Shown here piece by piece: positions 29,394 through 38,056 of a stretch of DNA of 64,000 nt (the stretch's first letter is position 1; every line of letters begins with the position of its first letter). The stretch is taken from positions 1,141,008-1,205,007 of the forward strand of contig OZ241383.1 of assembly GCA_965200775.1 (NCBI GenBank). The letters are read 5' to 3'. Source of the DNA: Acidimicrobiales bacterium. Lineage in GTDB: Bacteria > Actinomycetota > Acidimicrobiia > Acidimicrobiales > Bin134. Position numbers and translations under genes: made by a program. Under the pieces are notes generated by a model. That model worked only from the letters and a program-made list of their open reading frames with translations, searched no databases and was not told the origin of the DNA.

Positions 29394-29418
29394 TGGAGAA
29401 GATGTGATGGAGAAGATC
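29391..29418. repeat. Tandem duplication, 14 nt x 2 (tgatggagaagat[g/c])
   Basis: Read directly. It duplicates the stop/start junction. The first copy gives a 4-codon ATG..TGA mini-ORF, and the second gives the real start at 29407. Confidence 0.9.
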
Positions 29419-30147
29419 ATCGCTCTTTGGGCCGTGCCCCGGTCCACCTCCACGGCGTTCGAGTGGATGATGCGGGTGCGAGGCGACATGACGTGCTTCC
29501 ACGAGCCGTTCGGCGAGGTTTGGTATCAGGGCGAGTCGCCCGACTGGCCTCGTCTCGGGCCCGACAGCGTCCGCACCCCTGGCCTTACCTACCAGTCGGC
29601 GTGGGCCACGGTGCGGGCGGCTACCGCTCGGGGGCCGGTGTTCATCAAGGACTTCCCCCACTATCTCGACGCCCTGTGGAGCGACGAGTTCTTCGACTGC
29701 TTCACCCATAGCTTCCTTATCCGCGATCCGGCCAAGACCCTCACCTCGATGTACAAGCACTGGCCAGATTTCCTCTTGGAGGAGACCGGTTTCGTCGAAC
29801 AGCGAGGCCTGTTCGACTACCTGACGGCCAGAGTCGGCAAGCCTCCCCCTGTCATAGACAGTGACGACCTGCTGGAGGACCCCGCCGCGGTGGTGGAGGC
29901 GTGGTGCGACGCCGTGGGCATCGACTTCCTGCCGGAGGCTCTGCGCTGGGAGCCGGGGGCCCGTGACGAGGTGAGCTGGTGGGACGGCGGGTCGTTCCAC
30001 TCCAACCTCCGCAACTCCTGCGGTCTCGAACCCCAGCCCCGGACGGATGTCGACATCGCCTCTGCCCCATGTCGGGTTCGGGAAACCTACGACATCGTCC
30101 GCCCCCACTACGACCATCTGCATCAACACCGGATTCGGGTGTCGTGA
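29407..30147 (+). CDS. Sulfotransferase-like P-loop protein
   Basis: ATG at 29407 (246 aa). N-terminal WAVPRSTSTAF motif. The function is not established. Confidence 0.5.
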   Translation: MEKIIALWAVPRSTSTAFEWMMRVRGDMTCFHEPFGEVWYQGESPDWPRLGPDSVRTPGLTYQSAWATVRAATARGPVFIKDFPHYLDALWSDEFFDCFTHSFLIRDPAKTLTSMYKHWPDFLLEETGFVEQRGLFDYLTARVGKPPPVIDSDDLLEDPAAVVEAWCDAVGIDFLPEALRWEPGARDEVSWWDGGSFHSNLRNSCGLEPQPRTDVDIASAPCRVRETYDIVRPHYDHLHQHRIRVS

Positions 30148-30171
30148 GGGCGCCGAACTGATGGCTCTCTG

Positions 30172-31380
30172 ATGGCTCCGACGCCGAGCGTGGCCGAGAT
30201 TGTGGCCCGCGACCTGTGCATTGGCTGCGGACTGTGCGAGGCCGTCACCGGTGGCCGGGTGCCGATGGCCATGACCCCCGCCGGGTCGCTGCGGCCTGCC
30301 ACCGTCGATGGGTTCACTACACAGGAGGAGCAGGCCATCGTCCACGCCTGCCCCGGTGTGGTAGCCGAGGCCCGCTCCGACCCCGACCTGCCCATCGACC
30401 CCATTTGGGGCCACCACGGCACCATGCAATACGCCTGGGCCGGCGACCCGGAGGTACGGTTCACCGCAGCCACCGGCGGGGTGCTCACCGCTCTGGGCCA
30501 GTTCCTGGTGGCGTCGGGGCAGGCGGCGTTTGTTCTCCAGGTGGGAGCCGACCCCGATCAGCCGATGAGGAGCCGGTGGGTAATGAGCCGAACCCCTGAG
30601 GAGGTACTGGCCAACGCCGGGTCGAGATACGGACCCACCGCGCCGCTGGCCGGGCTCAACGCGGCGCTCGACCGGGATGAACCGTTCGCCATCATCGCCA
30701 AACCCTGCGATCTGGGGGCGGTGCATCTGAGGGCGGCACACGACCCACGGATCGACCGGCTTGTGACCGCCCGCTTGACCATGGTGTGTGGCGGCCAGTC
30801 CCGCCTCTCCAAGTCGCAACGGCTGCTGGAACGGTTCGGCCTCGCCGAGCGGGAGGTAGCGCTGTTCCGGTACCGGGGCCACGGCAACCCCGGACCGACC
30901 CGAGTCGAGACCCGCGACGGCAGGGAGTTCGAGGTTTCCTACCTGGAGATGTGGGAGGACGAGGGCACCTGGGATGTGGAAACCCGGTGCAAGCTCTGCC
31001 CGGACGCCCTGGGTGAGGCGTCCGATGTGGCGGTGGCCGACGTGTGGCCGGGAGGAGCGCCGACCGGGGACGACGAGGGCTTCAGCGGGATCATCGTGCG
31101 AAGCAGCCGCGGGGAGGCTCTCGTCGCCCAGGCTGCTGCCGAGGGCCGTGTCGCGCTCGGGGACGCCATCAATCCCCGGGAGCTGGACGACATGCAACCC
31201 CATCAAGTCCGCCGGAAGGTTGCCCTGTCGGCCCGGTATCTGGGCATGGCCGACGCCGGGGCCCGGCCCATTGCAGCCCATGGGCTCCGAGTCGAGGAGC
31301 TGGGTAAACGTCTTTCGCCGTCCGAAGCCGCCGCCCAACGTTCCGGCACCGCTACCCGACTGGGCATCGGGCGGCCATGA
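30172..31380 (+). CDS. Coenzyme F420 hydrogenase/dehydrogenase beta-subunit (FrhB/FdhB) family Fe-S flavoprotein
   Basis: 402 aa. N-terminal ferredoxin-type CIGCGLCEAV and a C-terminal cysteine pair CKLCPDALGE. Confidence 0.65.
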   Translation: MAPTPSVAEIVARDLCIGCGLCEAVTGGRVPMAMTPAGSLRPATVDGFTTQEEQAIVHACPGVVAEARSDPDLPIDPIWGHHGTMQYAWAGDPEVRFTAATGGVLTALGQFLVASGQAAFVLQVGADPDQPMRSRWVMSRTPEEVLANAGSRYGPTAPLAGLNAALDRDEPFAIIAKPCDLGAVHLRAAHDPRIDRLVTARLTMVCGGQSRLSKSQRLLERFGLAEREVALFRYRGHGNPGPTRVETRDGREFEVSYLEMWEDEGTWDVETRCKLCPDALGEASDVAVADVWPGGAPTGDDEGFSGIIVRSSRGEALVAQAAAEGRVALGDAINPRELDDMQPHQVRRKVALSARYLGMADAGARPIAAHGLRVEELGKRLSPSEAAAQRSGTATRLGIGRP

Positions 31381-32492
31381 TTGCGGCCGTGGGCAACCCC
31401 GAACTGCCTCCAACGATGCGGGCTGCGGTGCTGGTGGGCAACGGCGGACCCGAGATGCTGGAGCTGAGGGACGATGTCCCCGTCCCCTCCCCCACTGCAG
31501 ACGAGGTTTTGATCGAGGTGGCGGCGTGCGGCGTCAACAACACAGACATCAACACCCGGATCGGCTGGTACAGCCGGTCGGTGACAGGGGCCACCTCGGG
31601 AACCGGCCACAGCGAGGCCCGTGCCGACGACTCCACATGGGGTCGCGGCGGGTTGCGGTTTCCCCGCATCCAGGGTGCCGACGTGAGCGGGCAGGTGGTG
31701 GCCGCCGGAGGGCCGTCGGGCGAGTCGCTGGTGGGCCGTCGGGTTCTGGTCGATCCGTGGATCCGTGACGCCGCCCAGACCGAGGCCCGTGAACTGGCCG
31801 GTTACCTGGGCAGCGAGCACGACGGCGGCTTCGCCCAGTACTGCGCTGTGCCGACTCGCAATGTTTACGCCGTGGACACAAACCTGAGCGATGTGGAGTT
31901 GGCCGGTTTCGCCTGTTCCTGGTCCACCGCCGAGCACATGCTCCAGCGGGTGCAACTCGGAGAGGGTCAATCCGTAGCCGTGACTGGGGCGTCCGGAGGG
32001 GTGGGAACCGCCCTGATTCAGCTTGCCAAGCGCCGAGGCGCGACGGTGGTGGCCATCGCCGGGCGGAGCAAGTTGGCGGGAGTATCCGAGCTCGGTGCCG
32101 ATTTCGTGGTAGCCCGCGACCTCGACGAAGTACCAGCTGCCGCGGTGGAGGCCAACGGGGGGCCGTTCGACGTGGTAGCCGACGTGGTGGGGGGTGCCGA
32201 CTTCCCCGGCTGGCTGGAGGCCCTGCGCCGGGGCGGTCGCTACGTCACCTCCGGGGCTATTGCCGGCCCGATGGCCGAGCTTGATCTGCGCACCCTCTAC
32301 CTGAACGACTTGGAGCTGTTCGGCGCCACAGTCTTCCCGCCCCAGGTGTTCGCCGACCTCGTCGGCTACATCGAGCGAGGCGAGGTCCACCCTGTCATTG
32401 CCAACACCTACCTGCTCGAGAACATCCATGCCGCCCAGGCCGCTTTCGAACGCAAGGACCACCTCGGCGCGCTGGTAATCACCCTCCAGTAG
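31377..32492 (+). CDS. Zinc-binding MDR alcohol dehydrogenase / quinone oxidoreductase family protein
   Basis: 371 aa. ATGA overlap with the upstream gene. Motifs EVAACGVNNTDIN and VTGASGGVGTALIQLAK. Confidence 0.85.
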   Translation: MIAAVGNPELPPTMRAAVLVGNGGPEMLELRDDVPVPSPTADEVLIEVAACGVNNTDINTRIGWYSRSVTGATSGTGHSEARADDSTWGRGGLRFPRIQGADVSGQVVAAGGPSGESLVGRRVLVDPWIRDAAQTEARELAGYLGSEHDGGFAQYCAVPTRNVYAVDTNLSDVELAGFACSWSTAEHMLQRVQLGEGQSVAVTGASGGVGTALIQLAKRRGATVVAIAGRSKLAGVSELGADFVVARDLDEVPAAAVEANGGPFDVVADVVGGADFPGWLEALRRGGRYVTSGAIAGPMAELDLRTLYLNDLELFGATVFPPQVFADLVGYIERGEVHPVIANTYLLENIHAAQAAFERKDHLGALVITLQ

Positions 32493-32595
32493 GCCAGACC
32501 CACCCCGCCCTGTTCGCTGAGCGGTCCGCGGCCGTACCCCCGGCTGTCTCCCTTCGAGGGGTTGGACCAAATCAGCGCGCTGCCGATGTCTTTTT

Positions 32596-33940
32596 GGTAG
32601 CTGGTTAACCTGGTTGTTCCGGTTATTGCAGTGAATATCCAAAGTTCTAGGTATTGTCTAGTGTTTGTCTGGAATTGCCAGTTTTTTCGGTTGATATTGT
32701 TACTGGGGTCGGTAGACTACATGGCATGGATTTAGGGCTCCTCACCAGGGACAACACCGAACCTCAGGCCACCGAGAGGTTTGGCGCTGCGCCGGCGGAT
32801 GATGGGTTGGGCGGGCTGGTTGATGTTGATCCGATGGAGTTGGATTCAGCAGAGGTAGCCAAGCTGATCTTGCAAGTCGACTCGACGCGTCGAAAGCTCG
32901 ACGGTTTGCTCACCGTGTTGTTGGGCCGGTTCGGTGACCTCGAAGGCGAAGACGCCGTTGTGGAGTTGTGCCGGCAGTTTGGTGTGGGTCGTCACAAAGC
33001 CCGCCGTCAAGCCAAAACCGCGTCAATCCTCAAAGACCTGCCCTACACGCTGGAGGCTTCAAAGGACGGGTGGATCACCATCGACCACGCCCAAGTAGTC
33101 GGCTAATCCCACCAAAGAGCCCCAATGGACGAAGACCAAGAACTTGAGCTCATCGGTTTGGCGATCACCGAGGACCTAGACCAGTTCAAAAAAACCGTCG
33201 CCCGCCTCGAAGAACAACGAGCCACAGCCGAAGGTCTCAGCCGCCACGAACAACAACGCCGGCGTCGCCGCGCATCAGTGCTCGACAGCGACAACGACAT
33301 GATCATCCTGCACGCGGAGCTGGACCGTGTCGCCGGGGAGCGAGTCAAAACCACCCTCAACGACTTGGACGATCGCATGTTCCGAGAAGACACCAAAACC
33401 AGAAACGACCGCACCCACCACCAACGCACCGCCGACGCCCTCGTAACGTTGATCACCCAAAAACCCGCCAAACCCGCCCAGACCGAAAAGTCTGAACCTC
33501 CCAGCAACGAGCCCGTAGCGCAGGCGACCACGCTGATCGTCACCGCCCACTACAACACCATCACCAACCGACCCCAACACGCAGGACTGATCGACGGCAC
33601 CCCCATCGACACCAACACCCTGCAGCGCATCGCCAGTGACGCAGCAGCGCTACCCACCATCTTCGACAACGACGACCAACCCCTCTACCTCAGCACCAAA
33701 CAACGATCAACCACCCAAGCCCAAAAACTCGCCTTATACGCCCAAGACAAACACTGCACCGGATGCGGACACAAAGCCACCACCTGCCACACCCACCACA
33801 ACCAATAGTGAGAACACAGCGAACCCACCGACATCACAAACCCCGCACTCCTCTGCCCCACCTGCCACAACAAAACCCACAAACACAACCACACCACCAC
33901 ACGGCACCCCAACAGCACCTACCAACTCAACCCGCCGTAG
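32596..33940. repeat. DUF222/HNH (REP13E12-like) repeat element, copy 1 (uninterrupted)
   Basis: Near-identical to 60051-60577 plus 63202-64000 (offsets 27,455 and 30,087 bp). The left boundary is accurate to about +/-1 nt. The right extent of identity is visible only to 33913 because the window ends. Confidence 0.9.
32654..33940 (+). pseudogene. DUF222 / HNH endonuclease family gene with three in-frame stops (TAA 33104, TAG 33806, TGA 33809)
   Basis: Track ORFs 32654..33106 and 33125..33808, plus the tail to 33940, share one frame. The tail reads ..CHTHHNQ**EHSEPTDITNPALLCPTCHNKTH, a broken HNH motif. The likely native start is ATG 32726 (MDLGLL). Confidence 0.8.
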
Positions 33941-33946
33941 AAGCCG

Positions 33947-35053
33947 TCAGAACATGACAACGCCGCGGGCGTCGCGGCCGCCGTCCATTTTCTCGACCGC
34001 GCCGTTGATCTCCTCAAGAGCAAAGTGATGAGTGATGAGCTTGTCAATGCTCAGCTTGCCCATTTGGTACATCTCGACCAAAAGGGGGATGTCAGCCGTG
34101 GGCCGAGAAGTCCCATAGACGCAGCCCATCAGAGTCTTCTCAGTCATGCAGAACTCCAACCCGGGAAGCTCGACCACCGAGCCGACGGGCTGAACGCCGA
34201 TGGCCACCACGGTCCCATCCGGGCAGAGGCAGTCCCAGGCCAAGCGCACCGTGTCCGGGATACCAACCACTTCAAAGGCGTAGTCCGCCCCCTGACCACC
34301 GGTGAGGTCGCGCACATGTGCCACCGTCGACTCGGGACTTTCGTTCTTCAACCCATGGGTAGCCCCGAAACTCTCCGCCATGACCAGCTTTTCGTCGTGA
34401 AGATCAACGCCAATGATGGTGCTCGCACCGGCCAACGCGGCGGCCTGAACCACGTTGAGTCCCACTCCGCCGCAACCGAGGACCACCACCGATGACCCCG
34501 GCTGGACTTGGGCCCGATTGAACACGGCTGAAGTGCCGGTGAGGACCCCACAACCAGTCATGGCCGCTATCTCAAAGGGCACATCGTCGGGAATCGGAAT
34601 GATGCGTCTCTCATTGCAGACCAGCTCCTCGGCCAGGGTGCCGATACCCGAGAACTGATAGAGGCCGCGCCCATCGGCGTCGGCCATCCGGGGCCCGCCA
34701 TCGGGCGCATCGGTCCCGCTGAACGAGAGGTGCTGGTTCGAGGAGCAGAGATTGGGCCGACCCTTCAGGCAGTTCCGGCAAACCCCGCAATGGATCAGAG
34801 CTGACATCACCACGTGATCGCCCACTGCACAGGTAGACACCTCGTTCCCCACCTCCTCGACCATTCCGGCACCCTCATGGCCCAAGATCATGGGGAGGGG
34901 GAATGGCAGTTCCCCGGTCTGCACCGCAACGTCTGAGTGACATAGCCCGCTGGCCTTTACCTTTACCCGAACGTCGTGCGGCCCTACCGGACCTACATCG
35001 GCCTCAACCACCTCAATGGGCCGGCCTGCTTCGTACACCACTGCGGCTCTCAT
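33947..35053 (-). CDS. Zn-dependent alcohol dehydrogenase
   Basis: ATG at 35053 preceded by AGGGAGG. Motifs GHEGAGMVEEVG, structural-Zn CGVCRNCLKGRPNLC, and NAD motif GCGGVG. The track ORF is over-extended to 35959. Confidence 0.85.
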   Translation of the reverse strand: MRAAVVYEAGRPIEVVEADVGPVGPHDVRVKVKASGLCHSDVAVQTGELPFPLPMILGHEGAGMVEEVGNEVSTCAVGDHVVMSALIHCGVCRNCLKGRPNLCSSNQHLSFSGTDAPDGGPRMADADGRGLYQFSGIGTLAEELVCNERRIIPIPDDVPFEIAAMTGCGVLTGTSAVFNRAQVQPGSSVVVLGCGGVGLNVVQAAALAGASTIIGVDLHDEKLVMAESFGATHGLKNESPESTVAHVRDLTGGQGADYAFEVVGIPDTVRLAWDCLCPDGTVVAIGVQPVGSVVELPGLEFCMTEKTLMGCVYGTSRPTADIPLLVEMYQMGKLSIDKLITHHFALEEINGAVEKMDGGRDARGVVMF

Positions 35054-35122
35054 GTCGCCCTCCCTTATGGCTTGTTCAATGGTTAGCATCTTGCTACTTG
35101 TGAGCCGTCCAATGTCGGGATC

Positions 35123-36280
35123 GTGACCTTCGCTGCCGGGATAACCCTGGCCGACCTCGAAGCCGACCCCGACCCGATCCTGGCACGGCTTCGGGCTGAG
35201 GAGCCGGTGGCGTGGGTTCCGGCCATGGAGATGTGGCTGGTGACCCGCTGGGATGACGTGCTTCACATGGAGGAGCATCCCGAGCTGTTCACCGCGGCCA
35301 CCGAGCCGTCGTTCCTGGCTCGGACGCTGGGGCCGAACATGCTCACCTGCGATCCTCCCGAACACACCCGCCTCCAGGAGATCATGCAACCGCCGTTCCA
35401 GTCGGGTGGGCGCAGCGGGACCTTCGCCGCCGACGAGCTGAGTCCCCTGGCCGACCGCTTGCTCGACGCCGTTGACCCCGCCGGATTCGACATCATGGCC
35501 GAATATGCCCAGCCGCTGGCCTCCAGCTCCCTGGCCACGGTGCTGGGGCTCGACGGATACGGCATCGACCGGGTGTGGTCGTGGTGCGAGGGGCTTTGCA
35601 CCGACCTGGCAAACTTCGAGAACGACCCCGAACTGGCCGCCATCGGCCGGCAAGCCAAGACCGACCTCGGCGCCGCCCTGGCCGAACGGATTGCCTCGGC
35701 CGGTGACGACCACTCGGCCATCTCGTGGTTCGTTCGCAACGGCGCCAGCACCGAGGAAATCATCAACAACGTCCGGCTGATGATCTCGGGCGGGATCAAC
35801 GAGCCCCGTGACGGCATCGGACTGGTGGCCTGGGTGCTGCTGACCCGTCCCGACTTGCGCTCCCAGATAGACGACAACCTGTCGAGGTTGCGCCGCCTCA
35901 TCGAGGAGGTATTTCGGGTGTTCAGCCCGGTAGGGACCATTACCCGCCAGGCCACCCAAGACCTTGAGCTGGGCGGCGCGTCAATCGGTGCCGGGGATCT
36001 GGTGAGCGGTGTGCTGCGGTCGATCAACCTGGATGAATCCCGGTGGACCAACCCCACTGCCATCGACCTCGACCGCCGGGAAGGGGCTCACGGTGCTTTC
36101 GCTCTCGGCACCCACCGGTGCCTGGGCGAGTGGCTCGGCCGCCAAACGGTGCGTGTGGGCATCGAACGGCTGTTCGACCGCTTCCCCGGCCTCGCTCTCG
36201 ACACCGGTCACACGGTGGACATCCACGGTTTCGAGTTCCGCGGGCCCCGTTCGGTGCTCGTCCACGCCAACAAAACCTGA
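35123..36280 (+). CDS. Cytochrome P450
   Basis: 385 aa with GTG start. Heme-thiolate loop FALGTHRCLG and ExxR motif (EEVFR). Confidence 0.9.
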   Translation: MTFAAGITLADLEADPDPILARLRAEEPVAWVPAMEMWLVTRWDDVLHMEEHPELFTAATEPSFLARTLGPNMLTCDPPEHTRLQEIMQPPFQSGGRSGTFAADELSPLADRLLDAVDPAGFDIMAEYAQPLASSSLATVLGLDGYGIDRVWSWCEGLCTDLANFENDPELAAIGRQAKTDLGAALAERIASAGDDHSAISWFVRNGASTEEIINNVRLMISGGINEPRDGIGLVAWVLLTRPDLRSQIDDNLSRLRRLIEEVFRVFSPVGTITRQATQDLELGGASIGAGDLVSGVLRSINLDESRWTNPTAIDLDRREGAHGAFALGTHRCLGEWLGRQTVRVGIERLFDRFPGLALDTGHTVDIHGFEFRGPRSVLVHANKT

Positions 36281-36337
36281 GACTCTCAATCTCGGGTTCC
36301 GCGGCCCCCGTTCGGTGCTCGCTCATACCAACACCTG
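36233..36337. repeat. Diverged duplication of the P450 3' end, including the stop codon
   Basis: 36233-36280 encodes EFRGPRSVLVHANKT*. 36294-36337 would encode GFRGPRSVLAHTNT* in another frame. A 13-nt spacer separates them. Confidence 0.85.
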
Positions 36338-36370
36338 ATTCTGCCGCCAGCGCGCCGGTACGATCCGGGC

Positions 36371-36808
36371 ATGGTCGACATTGAATCAGCGTGGGACCGC
36401 TATCCCGGATACCAAGTCGAACTGGTGCCGTGGGCAGGACGGGGCGTGGCCTGCTACCGGGGCGAGGTGGTTGCCGAGAGCGACGCCTGCCTGATCGTGA
36501 AGGAGTCCGACCACCAAGACCAGCTCTACTTCCCCACCGGCGACATCGTCTGGCCTCATTTTGCCGCCTCCGACCTCCACACCGTTTGCCCGTTCAAGGG
36601 CGAGGCCTCGTACTGGTCGCTCACCGTCGGTAGCCGCACCGAGGCCAACGTAGCCTGGGCCTACCCCGACCCTTTCCCCGAGGTAGAAGGGCTGGCCGGC
36701 CACGCCGCCTTCTACCTCGACCGGGTTGACGTCGAGCTGATCGAGGACCTCCCCGATGGCGACGCAGTCCACCACCGATTCCCGGCGTGGGGCACCGCTG
36801 CCATGTGA
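36371..36808 (+). CDS. DUF427 domain protein
   Basis: 145 aa. Pattern ...DQLYFP..D......L.....T.CPFKGEASYWSL...AWAYPDP..E...L..H.AFY. Confidence 0.75.
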   Translation: MVDIESAWDRYPGYQVELVPWAGRGVACYRGEVVAESDACLIVKESDHQDQLYFPTGDIVWPHFAASDLHTVCPFKGEASYWSLTVGSRTEANVAWAYPDPFPEVEGLAGHAAFYLDRVDVELIEDLPDGDAVHHRFPAWGTAAM

Positions 36809-36854
36809 GCTGTCCCCGGGAGGTACAGCCCTCGGGATTTCAGGAACCAGCCCA

Positions 36855-38045
36855 CTACGCTCGGGGCAGTAGCTTCTCCTTGTCCACGAACGGCAGCTGG
36901 TCCACCTGGGCCTCGTGGGCCGTCCCGTCGTGGTCGTGCAGGAAGACCGTCTGATCGAGCCAGTCGCGCCCATCCAATGGCCGGTCGAAACGCACGTAGC
37001 CGACCCCCCGCTCCAGGGTGGGCGACCAAACTCCGATGGTCATGTGCCCCACCGGGCGACCCTCGAAGGAAACGCTCATGTCGGCTTCCGGCACCTCGGT
37101 AGCGCACACCAGGCCAAACAGAAGTTGGCGTCGGTCGGCCGATTCCAAAGCGTCCCGCCCGATGAAATCCCCCTTGTTGAAGTTCACGAAGTGCCCGAGC
37201 CCAGCCCCGAACGGGGTCAAATCCGGCTCGATGTCGCTGCCGTTGTCCAGGATTCCCGCCTCGACCCGCCTCATCCCCATCGATGTAGACGAGCTGAAAC
37301 CCAGGCCGAACGGCTCGCCGCTGGCCAGAAGGTGCGTCCACAGCGCGTCGTGGTCGGTGGGTTCGGGGCCGCTGTTGCAGTACACCTCGATGCCCACCTC
37401 ACCGGTCCAACCTGTACGGGACACCCACAGGGTCTGGCCGCCCAGGTCGAAGAACCCTGCCCGGAAGTACTTGAAGTCGGCGGGCAGGCCGCCGCCGATG
37501 GCCGCGTCCAGCACGTCGAGCGACTTGGGGCCTTGAATCTGCAGCACCCGCGAGTTGGGGTCGCGCACCTCGGCGTCGAGTCCGACGGCGTTGGCCGCAA
37601 GCCAGCTGGTGAACTCGCCGTTGGCCTTCACGTACCAGTACCGGTCCTGCTCCAGGCGCATGACCACCCCGTCCATCAGCACCGTGCCGTCCTCCCGGCA
37701 AGCCAAGCCGTAGCGGGCCCTGCCAATCCCCAACGTCTCGGCACTGCACACCAGCACCCGCTCCAGCACCCTCACCGCATCGGGGCCCACAATCTCCAGC
37801 GGCATCTCCGGCACGTCGTACAACTGCACCCCATGGCGCAGCTTCCAGTACTGGGGGATCGGATCATCATCCGCCGAGTTCTTGAGCGGGTACAGGCGGT
37901 CGCAGTACATGCCGTAGATGGTCTGGTCGGTGGCGTACCAGTGAGCGAAGGGCGACTGGTTGGAGCGATACGAGGTGAGCCGGACGGTGTCAAACGACTC
38001 CATGTAGTAGTGCCTGCCCTCGGCACCAGATGGAGATTCGTTCAT
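36855..38045 (-). CDS. Aminomethyltransferase (GcvT) family protein, possibly a tetrahydrofolate-dependent demethylase
   Basis: The start is taken as ATG 38045, 11 nt after the upstream stop; ATG 38003 is an alternative. GcvT-like segments LQIQGPKS, SRTGWTGEVGIEVY and RVEAGIL. The track ORF is over-extended to 38615. Confidence 0.75.
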   Translation of the reverse strand: MNESPSGAEGRHYYMESFDTVRLTSYRSNQSPFAHWYATDQTIYGMYCDRLYPLKNSADDDPIPQYWKLRHGVQLYDVPEMPLEIVGPDAVRVLERVLVCSAETLGIGRARYGLACREDGTVLMDGVVMRLEQDRYWYVKANGEFTSWLAANAVGLDAEVRDPNSRVLQIQGPKSLDVLDAAIGGGLPADFKYFRAGFFDLGGQTLWVSRTGWTGEVGIEVYCNSGPEPTDHDALWTHLLASGEPFGLGFSSSTSMGMRRVEAGILDNGSDIEPDLTPFGAGLGHFVNFNKGDFIGRDALESADRRQLLFGLVCATEVPEADMSVSFEGRPVGHMTIGVWSPTLERGVGYVRFDRPLDGRDWLDQTVFLHDHDGTAHEAQVDQLPFVDKEKLLPRA

Positions 38046-38056
38046 TTCGGGCTGGT

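Noticed and set aside
33104-33811. TAA, TAG and TGA in the DUF222/HNH frame as programmed recoding or an alternative genetic code.
   Set aside because: All three kinds of stop occur, two of them adjacent, inside the catalytic HNH motif. The rest of the window uses these codons as normal terminators. A pseudogene explanation is simpler.
33636-34028. A 130-aa Pro/Thr-rich plus-strand ORF (MTQQRYPPSSTTTTNPST...) and the Trp/Val-rich antisense ORFs across the DUF222 tail.
   Set aside because: They are out-of-frame readings of the extremely A+C-rich segment. The real frame is the one giving the HNH motif.
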